Below, piece after piece: positions 12,401 to 22,975 of a stretch of 64,000 bases of DNA. The first letter of the stretch is position 1; each line of letters starts with the position of its first letter. The DNA is taken from assembly GCA_013239625.1 (NCBI GenBank), contig MU054001.1, forward strand, positions 4,008,167 to 4,072,166, read 5' to 3'. Below the pieces are notes generated by a model. The model did no database searches and was not told the origin of the DNA. It saw only the letters and a list, made by a program, of their open reading frames with translations. Position numbers and translations under genes: made by a program. The stretch comes from Lama guanicoe. Its lineage: Eukaryota.

Positions 12401-14688
12401 AGATCGACTTGAGACCATCCCTTTCAACGTAGCTTCATCCGCAGAAATAATATCCATGAAATCAAGGGTTTGATGTCCTAGTTTTTTGTTTTGTTTTGTT
12501 TTGTTTTCTGGTTAAAAAAATATGGAACCATTAAGGTAAAAAATATTCCTCCAGGAATATTTTCCTGAAATCATCTCACAGGCTCCCACAGGGCAGCCCC
12601 ACATCTTGGGCTCACCAACTTCTCTCCCGAGTGGACTCAACATCCCCACCTCTACAGACCCAGTAGCTAGGCCAGGGGTGGGGGGAACCCAGGCATCCGG
12701 ATCCGTCGCCAGGCACAACTCTCAAGGAAGCAGATGCTCCCTTCCCTTAATATCTTGGATGGCAGGGCCCATCCTCCACCACCCCACATGTATCACACTG
12801 GTGGCTTTGTGTCTCACATCTTCAAAAGTGCTTTGAACAAACATTAATGACCCCTCAGCATCTCTCTGAGAGAGGGGGCTAGGAACGGAGGGGGCAGGCA
12901 CCATCCCATGCTGTCCTCAGCTGAGGGAAGAAACCAGGCAACAAAATTCCGTGACTTCAACAAAGCCACAGACTTAAGCTGGGGCCCCCTCCCCACCCTC
13001 CCTCATTTCCCCCAGTGGCAACTTTTACTGGCTGGCATTCCTCTTGCTGGGAACACTACTATTTAATTAAAAACGACAGACTTTTGTTTTCCTCCCTTCC
13101 TTCCTCCTCCCTCCCATCCTCCAGGACTGGATGCCAAGGAGACCCACCAAAAACATGCGGGTAACATTTGTTATGGCTTTGAAGATAAAAGTCAATTGAA
13201 GTAAGCCCTCACTGTATTTCAAGTTTCCCCTAAAGCATGGAGCAAGCTGCCTGGCAGTTTAGGAAAGTAAAAAAAAAAAAGGGGACTGCAAATAAATGTC
13301 ATTCTGCAGGAATACTTTGTAAAAATAAACAGGCTGAAAAACCCCCAAACTTGATTAATGGAAATCCACTCAGTTGGCCTCTGTCTTGAGCTGCAAATAC
13401 ATTTGTTCATATGGCTAAATCGGATCATTTTCATTGGGCTTTAAATAAATAAGTAGATCAAAAACTAGAAATGGTGGGGGAAGAAAGGGAAGTTTGTAGT
13501 TCTGTTTTTAAAGGGTCTCAACTGCGGTGCCCCCACCCATCAAGCTGTGGCCTTTACTAGGGTACAGCAGCTCCAATTCCAACCCAGCCAAAAGATGAAG
13601 AGAAATGGAAAAGAGAAGGCCCCCAGCTCAGCAGAGGCAGTGGAGGAGGAGATAGGAGCTCCTGCCAGATGCAGACGTCGTTTCATACACGCACAAGAGT
13701 CGACTTTATCCACAGGCTTGCCTCCCAACATTGGCCCCTGCAACCGACTGCAGCCAGCCCAGGTCCTACCACCCAAATACACACACACACCTGAAAACTA
13801 CACCGGTCCCTCTCCAGCCCATGGACAAGACCAAAGAACTAACCAGACCTGAGACTCAGTCTGTTCCCCTCTAAGTTAAAAAAAAAAATTAAATGTCACA
13901 TCAAAAAGTTGATTCATCCTTTGATCCTTGGCTTGCTCGAGTTCCACGCAGACCATCTGAAAGCCCTGTACAGAGTTCTGGAGCCCATAGGACATCTGTG
14001 AACACCAGTCCCAGGCCAGGAGCTGAGGCTAGACTCACTCACTCCCCTGTCACATCTACTGCTCCCCTAGGAACAACTCCAACGTCAGGGTCCCGCTGGG
14101 TGAAGGCTGAGGATGGGCTCAGGCTACAGCAGAACCAAGGCCCTCTCCTTGTGGGCTAAGCTAAAGGGTCTCCTGGAACTCAGTACCCCCACGTTCTGCC
14201 CCCTGCCCCAGATCACAGCCTTCTCTACTGGGGCTCCGGGGCAGATGGTACTAATGAATGCCACAGACACTTGGAACGCATTCGGAGGCCAGTGCAGTCC
14301 TGCCTTCCACCTGGACACCCCCTGATGTCTTCCCTCTCTCCCTAGCCCCAACTCCAAACCCACCTTTGAACACTGGCCACAGAAGCAAAGTAGAAGTCAG
14401 AGCAAGCAGCAAAGACAAGCTTCCCCATCAGCCAGATCTGAACCACCTCCTCACCTAGGACCTTCCCCCCAAGGCAGCCCTTTGCCCCCAGCTGGACAGG
14501 AGACTGTCACCTGTGTCACCAATAAGCTCCCCCAAGGCAGGGGGGTACAGGGTCATGTTGGTGGGGCAAGGGTAGCTGAGAAGGGATTTCTGGACTTAGA
14601 AGTTTGGCCAAGAGGATGCTAAAAGTTGGGGTGGGTGGGTATGGAGACCCATCTCTAAGGTTGAAAGGAGGGTAGGTGAAGATCGTAC

Positions 14689-14822
14689 CCGGGTTCCTCT
14701 GCCAACAGTGCCCGCTGCCCGCAGCTGTCGGGGTCCGGAGCTGCCGCCCGAGCAGCGCTGCCTCCCGATCCACTCCTCGATGCCTTTCCGAGCCCAGGCG
14801 GCGCTCACAGCGAAGCTGTCAC
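14689..14822 (-). CDS. NKD1: NKD1 coding exon 3 (134 nt; GDSFAVSAAWARKGIEEWIGRQRCSGGSSGPRQLRAAGTVGRGTR)
   Basis: ccccag|GTGACAGC...GGAACCCGG|gtacga. 25+33+134=192 nt = 64 codons. The peptide is visible inside ORF 14596..15195(-) and matches NKD1. Confidence 0.97.
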
Positions 14823-15533
14823 CTGGGGCAGGGACGACACGAAGCCCCTGAGTCTGGCCCCTAGGCTGAAAGTTACCCGAAAGAGGAGAGAAAAGAGTGG
14901 GCGAGGCAGAGGTAGCAGGGACCAAGAGGGTGTTGAGACCTGGGCACAACCCGAGAGAGGGACGCAGGTAATCAGGAGAAGGGAGTTTAACAAAGCCCCA
15001 AAAGCAAGGACCCAGAGGGGAGTGCAAAGGGGAGGCAGTACCCCAGGAGGACGCGTCTGGAGATGAGGAGAGCAATCGCCAGAGGCCAGGGCTGCGGAGG
15101 GGAGGGGTGAGGGTCAGAAGACGGGTGTAGTGAACATGGGATGAGGAGAAGAACTGAGGGTCAGGAAGAGGGGGCACAGGGGGTGCAGGAACCAAGATCT
15201 CGAGAGAGGGGGCTGAGGGCCAGAAAGAGAACGGGTAGGATCTTAGAGAGGGGGCTTAGGAGTCTGAAAAAGGGGTGCAGTGAGTGTGGGGTTGGAGGAT
15301 CGCAAGAGGAGGGGTTGAGGGTCAGAAAAGAGAGCACAAGATCGCGGAGAGGGGGTATGTGGACAGAGGAGGGGGCACTAAGTCTGCTCCCAGGAGCAGG
15401 TTTGTGGGACTAGTGGCTGGAGTTGGGGGTGGGGGTGGCCCTGGTAATAAGATCCCGCGGGGTAGGCCATTCCGCGGCCGTCTGCGGTGCTTCCCAGTCT
15501 ATCCCCCCTGGTCCGTGCTCCGCACACCCCTAC

Positions 15534-15566
15534 CTTCCGGGCTCTCCCTGCGCTTGCACACGGCGG
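15534..15566 (-). CDS. NKD1: NKD1 coding exon 2 (33 nt; AAVCKRRESPE)
   Basis: cctgcag|CCGCCGTGTGCAAGCGCAGGGAGAGCCCGGAAG|gtaggg. In frame with exon 1 across a 125-nt intron, and matches NKD1 residues 9-19. Confidence 0.96.
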
Positions 15567-15691
15567 CTGCAGGCACATCGCGCGCGGCGGCGGCGGCGGG
15601 AGCCGGAAAGAAAGGAGAGGCAGAGAGTTAGCAATCGCAGGGGCGAGGGCGGCGGGGGCCAGGGGGCCGGCGCGCGGGCGGGGACACTGAC

Positions 15692-15716
15692 CCGGCTTGG
15701 AGTGAAGTTTCCCCAT
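15692..15716 (-). CDS. NKD1: NKD1 coding exon 1 (MGKLHSKP + 1 nt); N-myristoylation motif
   Basis: Minus strand reads cccagcATGGGGAAACTTCACTCCAAGCCGG|gtcagt: strong Kozak (A at -3, G at +4) and a canonical donor. MGKLHSKP is the N-terminus I recognise for mammalian NKD1. Confidence 0.97.
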
Positions 15717-15744
15717 GCTGGGGGCGCGGCGGGCGGGGGCGTCC

Positions 15745-15753
15745 CTAAGCCAT
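15745..15753 (-). other. Two-codon upstream ORF (ATG GCT TAG) in the presumed NKD1 5' UTR
   Basis: Minus strand gggcgcATGGCTTAGggac. The stop ends 28 nt before the main ATG. Requires the TSS to lie upstream of 15753. Confidence 0.7.
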
Positions 15754-16504
15754 GCGCCCGGCCCGCGGGCCCTGCGGCTCGCCGCGCCTCGCCTCGCTCG
15801 CCTCCTCCCGGAGCAGCCTCCGAGGCGAGCGGAGCCCTAGGTGGCGCCGGGACGCGCTCCTGCCGCCGTCGCCGCGGCCCGACTGACGCCCGGGCGCTCT
15901 GAGCCCCCAGCCCGCCGCCGCGGCCCGCGCCTCCCCGCGCGCCCCTCGGCCGGAATGGGAGGCTGGGGACCCGGACTGGGGACCGGGAAAAGTGGGGAGG
16001 GGGAGGAGCTCTGGCCAGTAGGGATATTGGAACTGACACTCTTCTTGGGTCCTGCCCTCTCTTGAACAACCGCTCCTCTCGCTAACAGTGCTGTGCGATC
16101 CCTCCGCTCTATTTTTCCTCGAAGTGGGCAGGGCGGGACTCAGTGGTTCCAATTTACAGGTGATGAAACTGAGGTCGGCGAGGAGACGCTGCTCGGCGCC
16201 CTTGCTTCATTGCCCCTTCCCAGTCTTGCACGGCATGACTTTGCAGAAAATATTCGCTTATTACCCGCCCGGTGCTGTCCCCCAACACGTCGCTGTCCCC
16301 CGACCCTCTAGGTTTTGCTTCGGTTGTTAAGGATAAGCTCCCACTGCGCCTCCGGCCAGCTATGAGCCCAGCCAAGTCCCGGCGGCTACAAGTATCCGAA
16401 AGCCATGAGTTGCCAACCAATCGCTGGATCCGCTCATCCCGGGGCCCGTGGGTGCCCGCCGGGGGTCGGGGCACGCTGCCAGCTGTGCTGCCCGGAAGGG
16501 GGTA

Positions 16505-16522
16505 ACCGCCGGGTCTTTGATC
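16505..16522 (+). promoter_or_regulatory. Promoter-proximal TCF/LEF site with adjacent helper-like ACCGCCG
   Basis: ACCGCCG-ggt-CTTTGATC, about 0.8 kb upstream of the NKD1 ATG. NKD1 is an established Wnt/beta-catenin target. Confidence 0.55.
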
Positions 16523-16849
16523 TTCCCTGGCTTCCGCTCCCCGCTGCAGTTTGCCAGACCCAAGGGCTTGTTTGTTTTGTCTGGGGAGGTCTCTGCGGAG
16601 GGGAAAGCGACATCAAGGGGTTCCACTGCACCTTTGTGGTTCTCAGAGAGAACGCCTGCTCTGCTGGGAACACTGTGGGACTGTTATGTTCGTCCTGGTA
16701 CTCGGCAGCCCGGGCGTGGGAAAAGAAAACCCTTTGCTAAGAATGAGGAGACCACCTCTGCCCCTTGGACTGAATATTCTGTGTGAGCCTCAGTTTGATG
16801 ATCTGTAAAATGGAGGCTCAGTTCTTCCCTTTTTTGCCAACTCCTTAGA

Positions 16850-17160
16850 GGGGCACTGCCCAGTAGAAAAAGTAGTAAAATAAAGCTGAGCAACATGTGT
16901 AATTTCTAAATTTTTGAGTAACCACACTTTTTAAAAAAGTAAAAACAGATGAAAATAATTTTAATATATTTTAGTTAACACAATATATCAAAAATATTTT
17001 AATTTCAACATACATGAGATATTGTACACTGTTTTGCACTGTTTAAAATCCGATGTATATTTTACACTAAGTTCATCTCAACCTGGACAAGTCATGGGTC
17101 ATGCTGCAAGTGATCAATAGCCACATGTGATTGCTGGCTATTGTATCAGATCAAAACTCT
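16850..17160. mobile_element. hAT-Charlie MER33-like element
   Basis: AT-rich body ataattttaatatattttagttaacacaatatatcaaaaatatt...caagtgatcaatagccacatgtg. Confidence 0.7.
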
Positions 17161-17856
17161 GGAGCATCTACATGTCTCAGAAGGATATTGGGAACTGTAT
17201 GGTCCTCCAGAGTTATAAATCTCTTCATCCAATAGTGTCTTACTTCCATCCTCCAAACTTCATTTTTACACACCTTTTTGGGTAGAAATAAAGGCTAATC
17301 TTATAAGCAGGTACATTAATGCTCTTAGCAGGCACTTCATTTGAGGAGTGCCGGGATCCCCAAAACATTAGTATTGTCCATTTTATATTGCCATTCTCCT
17401 GGATGTCAGTGATTGTCCTAAGTCACATATAGCCCTTATGACCAGTGTCTGATGCAGGCTTGTACTTGCTCTACAAAGGAGGGAAGCTCCCTTATACTAG
17501 GCTCAGAGACGTGAAGTCACTTTCCCAAAGTCACACAGCTTGTCAGTGACCTGGTTAGGAAGTAAAATCAAGCATGTTGATTCCATTGCCTTTGCTTTCA
17601 CTACATCTGGCTGTACATCCCAACACTGCCCAAACTTAACACCCCACCATTAGAGAGAGACCAGCCCATCTGGAAACAAATACTGATTCAGTGTCAACTG
17701 TGGGACCAGCATAGTTTTAGGCACTTAAGATACATCAGTAAATAAAACAGATGATCCCCACTCTCATGGAGCTTTCACTCTACAGGGAGGAAGACAGAAA
17801 AAACAATAAACGTAATTGAACTGGCAAAACTTGGAAGGCATCACCAACTATATGTA

Positions 17857-18040
17857 GCAATGGTTCTCAACTGAGGGTAGTTTTGCACTTCAGGGAACAT
17901 TCGGCAATGTCTGAAGGCATCTAGCAAGTAGAGGCTAGGGATGTGGTTAGACATTATACAAGGCATGGCACAGCCCCCCCAAAACAAAGAATAATCCAGC
18001 CTCAGTGTCAACAGCGCCAAAGTGACAACCTGCGAACTGC
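17857..18040 (+). mobile_element. MER20 (hAT-Charlie)
   Basis: caatggttctcaactgagggtagttttgcac...gtagaggctagggatgtggttagacat...aaagaataatccagcc...gtcaacagcgccaa. Confidence 0.8.
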
Positions 18041-21000
18041 AGGGAAGTGGGAACGCAGAGCAGGATGACTGGGATCCAGAGCAGGAGGGAGGTGGGGGTT
18101 CTGCGGTTCTGAATCAGAATTGGAGCACTCCTGCAGACCCTTCCAAAGGAAATCGAATTCTGTTGGGGGCGCTATTTGTCTCTCTCACCCTCACCCCCAC
18201 CCCCACCGGTGCCAGGGTGCATCTAAATCAAAGCGAAACTCTGAGCCGGTCTTTCTCACATTGCTCAGAAAGTTGGTTACTTCGTTAAACTGGTCATGAC
18301 TTTCTTCTTGCATGAGAAAAAAGTATCCCCTCTTCCCCTTGGGAATTTCTTTTTACAGTTCAAAAAGAGATAAAAGCAAGAACTAAAACTCTGCTTTTAC
18401 CAGTCTGAGTCTTGGGGGAAGTAAATCCCAAATGTCCAGCCCAGACACAAAGCCCCTCCCCCGCAACTCCACCTTCAGCCTGGCCCTTCCCAGCCCAGCA
18501 GGCGCCCGGGACTTCACTGCTATTGGAATCATGACACCCCTACCCCCCACGAATCTGGTCCTGGGGCAAGACAGTGGGCCTGGTAGTAAAAACAGCCCGT
18601 CCATGGCTCTGAGGTGGGACTTCCCAAGGACCACCAGCCCACCATCCACCTGGGATGGCTATTCGGCCTTTGCTGGCTTCCCACACCACGACTCACTGTC
18701 TTTTTATGTGTTTTAATAATTTATCTGGCCCACTTCTTGGGCTGTATACTTACAGTGACACATCTTTTTCTTTGAAGATTTCCCATCCTTTGGGAGAGGA
18801 GAATGGGGAAGGAAGGCAAGGAAGAGATAAGAGAGAGAGATTATAACAGAAATGGGTTTCATGGGGCTTGAGATTTAGCAAGGCTGGTTTAGGTGAAATC
18901 TGTTAGACATGGAGCTGTGAGGTTTAAAACACACACGCACATATCACCCCAGTTGGCTGCCCTAGGCTTAGCCCCAAGTTAAGCCATCTGCTCTGGTCCC
19001 CTTCAAATGCTACTTCCTAGAAGAAGCCCTCCATGACCTTACCTCCTGAAGAACTCTGACCACTCTGAAGAGCCAAGGTCCCCCCCAGCTCTCTCCACCT
19101 GACACTCTTTTTTAAAGGATGGAGCTAAATTTCCCTCCTTTCTAAGGATGGGGCTATTTCCCATCCATTAAGGATGGAGCTAAATTTCCCTTGTAGAGTC
19201 TGGGTTCCTTGAGTCGGGGTCTTGTCTGACTTGCATCTCTAGGTGCAGTACCCAGCATTACCTGTAGGAGGTGCTCTATATGAAACAAGAGGAACCCACC
19301 CAGTCCCATCTCCACCCTGAGATGTGTTATGGTCAATAAGAGAGTGGGAGGGAGGGCTTTCAAGAATATGACCTGGGATATACTAAAGAAAAAACTAACA
19401 TCCAAGTCTTTCTGGTTCCCCTTAGGTCCCTGGAGTTGCTTCATTCCACAGTTCCCTGGTGAGTTTGGGCATTGCTAAGGGCCAGACTTGGTTTAGGAGA
19501 GGAGAGTTAAACTGTTCTGCATGAAAAAGTCACAGGAATTTTCAACATGGCAACTGGGAAAGGAAAGGAAAGAGTGTCAAGGGAAACAGTATGAGGAGAG
19601 AAGGACCTAAGAAGGGCAATCCATTGAGGTGGGGGCCAATTGAATTTCAGGACAGTGAAATCTAATACATGATCAGCAGTTGTCACTTGCTCAGCTCTAT
19701 GCTGGAATCAGCCTTCATCCCTCCAAACCTTGGCAAAATCCTAGCCACATCTCTGGGGTAATGGCACAGAACAGGATGAAGGAACCAGAAAGATAGCTCA
19801 ACATAGATCATTCATAGGGCAACAGGCCACAGACGGTCTCCAAAGTGGAGATGTTCACCAGGAAGAAAAGACAGGAGCCAGAGGCAGCCAGGAGGAACAC
19901 CAGCCCCCAACATCAGTCCTTAGGGATGAGGGTAGGGGCTGGGCTTCCCCCAGAATAGGGGGTGGGATCTTTCAGCTGCTCTATTCAGGTATTAGAGGAA
20001 AGACAGCTATTTCAGCCTAAATGTTGGTGAAATTGAATCGAATTTTTGTGCCAAGAACACTTCCCAGGTCTTGGGTGTTTTAGCAAGTTCGGAGTGCAGG
20101 CTTCCTGGGTGGCCTTGGACGAAGGAGAGAGCCAGCCTGGCCTCACCATGCCCCTGCTCTGCTTCAGTCACTGCTTCTTTGCTCCTCTCCAGACTCATCT
20201 GAGAAGCCCTTCCAGTCATAGCACCACAATGTCTACTTCCAGACTTCTTTCACAAAAGGGAGAAAGAAACTCCCATTCTTCTAAGCCTTGGTTTTTCACT
20301 TACAGAATGGACGTAATCACCACCCCGAGTCTGCACACCCATAAAATAGAAAGAAGGGTCCAGCAGATCAATAGTTCCCAAAACATATTCCATTGAACAC
20401 CAGAATGGTGAAATTCTCTTATGGTGTGAAAGAAAGGGCTCCATGGGAAAATCTGGGCAGCCCTGGCCTACCCATAGGAACATGAGTTCTTTTTTCTGCA
20501 AGACTTGTCAGAACCTTCAGTGAGTGGCCAAGCTTTGTGATTCTCCAGGAAGAGGGCATCCTAAGCAGGGTTTTTCAAACTCACCAGACCAGGGAAACTT
20601 TTATAGGAAGTGCGAGTGAAAACAAATATTCATGAAACATGCTTTGGAAAATGCTAGATTAGATTGCTTCTAAGGTTCCTTCTAGTCTGAGATTCCAAGT
20701 ACTAAATCCAGGGACCTAGCCTAGGAGGGTGGCAGGAAGGAAAGTTCAGTGGGGACAGAGCCAGCGTGGGGAGGCTCCCTGAAGGAGTACATCCACATAT
20801 GTTTATGGTGTGCATTTAACATGTCACAGAATGTGTATGTCCTCCTCCAGGCCTCTGAGCAATTGGACACCTGCAATGAGTGAGGCCCCATGCGGGGCTT
20901 CTTAGGGCCAAAGCTCTAGGCAAAAAAGGAAAGCATTACAGTAGCAAAGCTCACGGTCAGTTTGCCTGCCTCACCTGCATTCCCTTCTAGCTTAGCTTTC

Positions 21001-21502
21001 CCCCCCTCCTTCACCCCCGAGGCCCTCCACTGCCACTGACTTCTCCTTTCATCCCACAGAACACAGCTTCAGGGTGGCCCTGCTGCCATGTTGGTACCAT
21101 ATGACCTCTTCACTCCTGAGCCACAGCTGATTGGATGCCTGACCCATGAGCCTGACCAATCAGGATCTCTTTGCAAAATATGAATAGTGAAGCCCAGGGC
21201 CTGAGGTCCACCAACTGGTGGTCGCTGAAGGGTCCACAGTCCCAAGGCCTGGAGCAGCTGCTTAGGGGTCCATAGGCCGATGAACGAGTGGAAAGAAGCA
21301 GGAGTAGGAACAATCAGAGGGAAGCAGAGATTGTAACCCAGGAAGAGAGAGACATGCAGACAGACTATCTTGGTCCCTGATATTGCCTGTTCCCAGCTCC
21401 TAGCCTTGTTAGTTCTGCCTGTATATTCTGTTCCAACCTTGAGACCTTGAAAGACCCTTGGTCCCCCTTTCTTAGGCTGGGATCAAAGAGCCTACATGAG
21501 GG

Positions 21503-21800
21503 TTCCTTGGAATTTAATGTGCATATGAATCCCCTGGGAGCATGTTAAAACGTAGTCTGGGGGAAGGCATAGCCTAAGTGGTAGAATGCATGTTTAGCAT
21601 GTGCAAGGTCCTGGGTTCAATCCCCAGCACCTCCTCTAAAAAAAAATTAAAAAAAAGAAAGAAAAGAAAAAAGTAATAAATAAACCTAATTACCTCCCCA
21701 CCAAATTTTGTTTCATGCAGTCTGGGGTGGCACCTGAGAATCTGCATTTCATAACAAGCTCCCAGAGGGACTGATACTGCCTGTATGTAGTCCACACTGG
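21503..21800 (+). mobile_element. MER5A-like element interrupted by a camelid SINE
   Basis: tgtgcatatgaatcccctgggagcatgttaaaa [SINE] tctggggtggcacctgagaatctgcatttcataacaagctcccag...ccacact. Confidence 0.7.
21559..21706 (+). mobile_element. Camelid tRNA-derived SINE (Vic-1 type), long form
   Basis: gggggaaggcatagcctaagtggtagaatgcatgtttagcatgtgcaaggtcctgggttcaatccccagcacctcc, then an A-rich tract and the aaataaacctaattacctcccc tail. Confidence 0.9.
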
Positions 21801-21949
21801 AGGCTCTGGGAAGTGAAGCCTTCTCAGCAAGTGCTTAGGGTGACAGGACTTGCCTCTTCACTGAGTAAGTAACAGTACTGGGCAGGAGGAGGAGGGACAG
21901 AGGTTGGGAAGGAGGGTCTTGGGAAATAAAAGCATTCTTTTTTAATAAT

Positions 21950-22975
21950 TAAGTCATTCACCAAAGATTTGAGGGCCTAATTTATACCAGGCTGTTATGT
22001 TACCAAATAAGTCAGTGAAATATATGGTGTGTCTATGGGAAAAATCAAAGTAGGAAAGAGGGAGAAGAAATACTAGGGGATGGGTTGCAATTTTAGGTGG
22101 AGGGGTTAGAGGGTAGCCTTTGAGCACAAATGAGAAAATGAGGAAGAGAGGCATAAGGATGCCAGGGGAAAGCAGGTCCAGGCAGGTGGAACAGCAAGTG
22201 TAAAGGCCCTGAGGTGGGCACATGCCAGGAATGTTGGGGAAACAAGGAGGCCAGTGCCTCTGAAGCAGAGAAGGTGTGCAAGAGGGGAAGATGAGGTTGG
22301 AAAGTGACAAGGCTGGATCATGAGAACCTTGTTGGCCTTGGCAAGGGCTTCAGCTTGATTCAAGGGAGTTGGGAGTCTTCAGAGGATTGTGGCCTGGCGG
22401 GACAGGGCTGCTGAGTTGAAAGCAAGAGTGTGGAGGCGAGGGTGGTGGTAGGAGACCAGGAGAGGCAAGGAGACAGACCGAGAGGAGATTACAGCAGCCA
22501 TGATAGTGGCTTAGACCAGGGTGATGGCCATGGAAGAGGTGAGACATTGGATGCTGAACGTATTTGGAAGTTAGAGGTGACAAAATCAGCTAATATACTG
22601 AATATGGGGTGGGAGAGAAAGAGCAGAGTTAAGGGAGATGCCAAAATCACTGGCCTGAGCCACTGGGAGGATGGAGCTGCCATTAACTGAGATGAGGAAG
22701 CCAGTGGAGGGAGCTGTCTGCAGAGCTGGGAAGCTCAGGGCTCGTTTTGAGCATGTTATTTTGAGATGCCTGTGGCGTATCCCAGCTGCAAGATCCAGTA
22801 GGCAGTTGGATCTACGAGCCTAGAGTTCAGAAGCAAGCTGCAGGCTGGAGAGGTACACCTGGGTGTCATAAACCTATAGAGGGGATTTAAGCCTGACATT
22901 GGATGAGATCCCGTAGGGAGCGAGTGCAGACAGAGAACAGAAAAGGCCCAAGGGAGAGCAAGTCTGAGGGGTTGG
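21950..22975 (-). mobile_element. L2 LINE 3' portion
   Basis: tcattcaccaaagatttgaggg (L2 3' end, reverse strand) followed by purine-rich L2 body ...ggatggagctgccattaactgagatgaggaag...ttttgagcatgtt. Confidence 0.8.

Larger units (their letters stand above)
1..14688 (-). other. NKD1: NKD1 intron 3 (5' part; continues beyond window start)
   Basis: Begins at the GT donor at 14688. No further NKD1-like peptide (EF-hand/EFX region) is seen in 1-14688, and the region is repeat-rich. Confidence 0.85.
14680..16720. promoter_or_regulatory. NKD1: CpG island spanning the NKD1 promoter, 5' UTR and exons 1-3
   Basis: Very high GC and CpG density (densest about 15450-15960 and 16250-16720) against CpG-depleted flanks. 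Contains GC boxes and a CCAAT box (AACCAATCG at 16415-16423). The exact TSS cannot be read from the sequence. Confidence 0.9.

Noticed and set aside
12396..12414. Hairpin TCTCAAG-atcga-CTTGAGA
   Set aside because: A 7-bp stem in what looks like a decayed DNA-transposon remnant. Too short for a pre-miRNA call.
14596..15195. 199-aa minus-strand ORF
   Set aside because: Only the middle 134 nt (exon 3) is NKD1. The flanks are intron sequence beyond clear AG and GT splice sites.
15378..15716. 112-aa ORF starting MGKLHSKPGQ
   Set aside because: Read-through of exon 1 into intron 1. Similarity to NKD1 stops at the GT donor at 15691.
15284..16808. Many overlapping Arg/Gly/Pro/Ala-rich ORFs on both strands
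   Set aside because: Expected from stop-codon scarcity in a CpG island. No recognisable domains.
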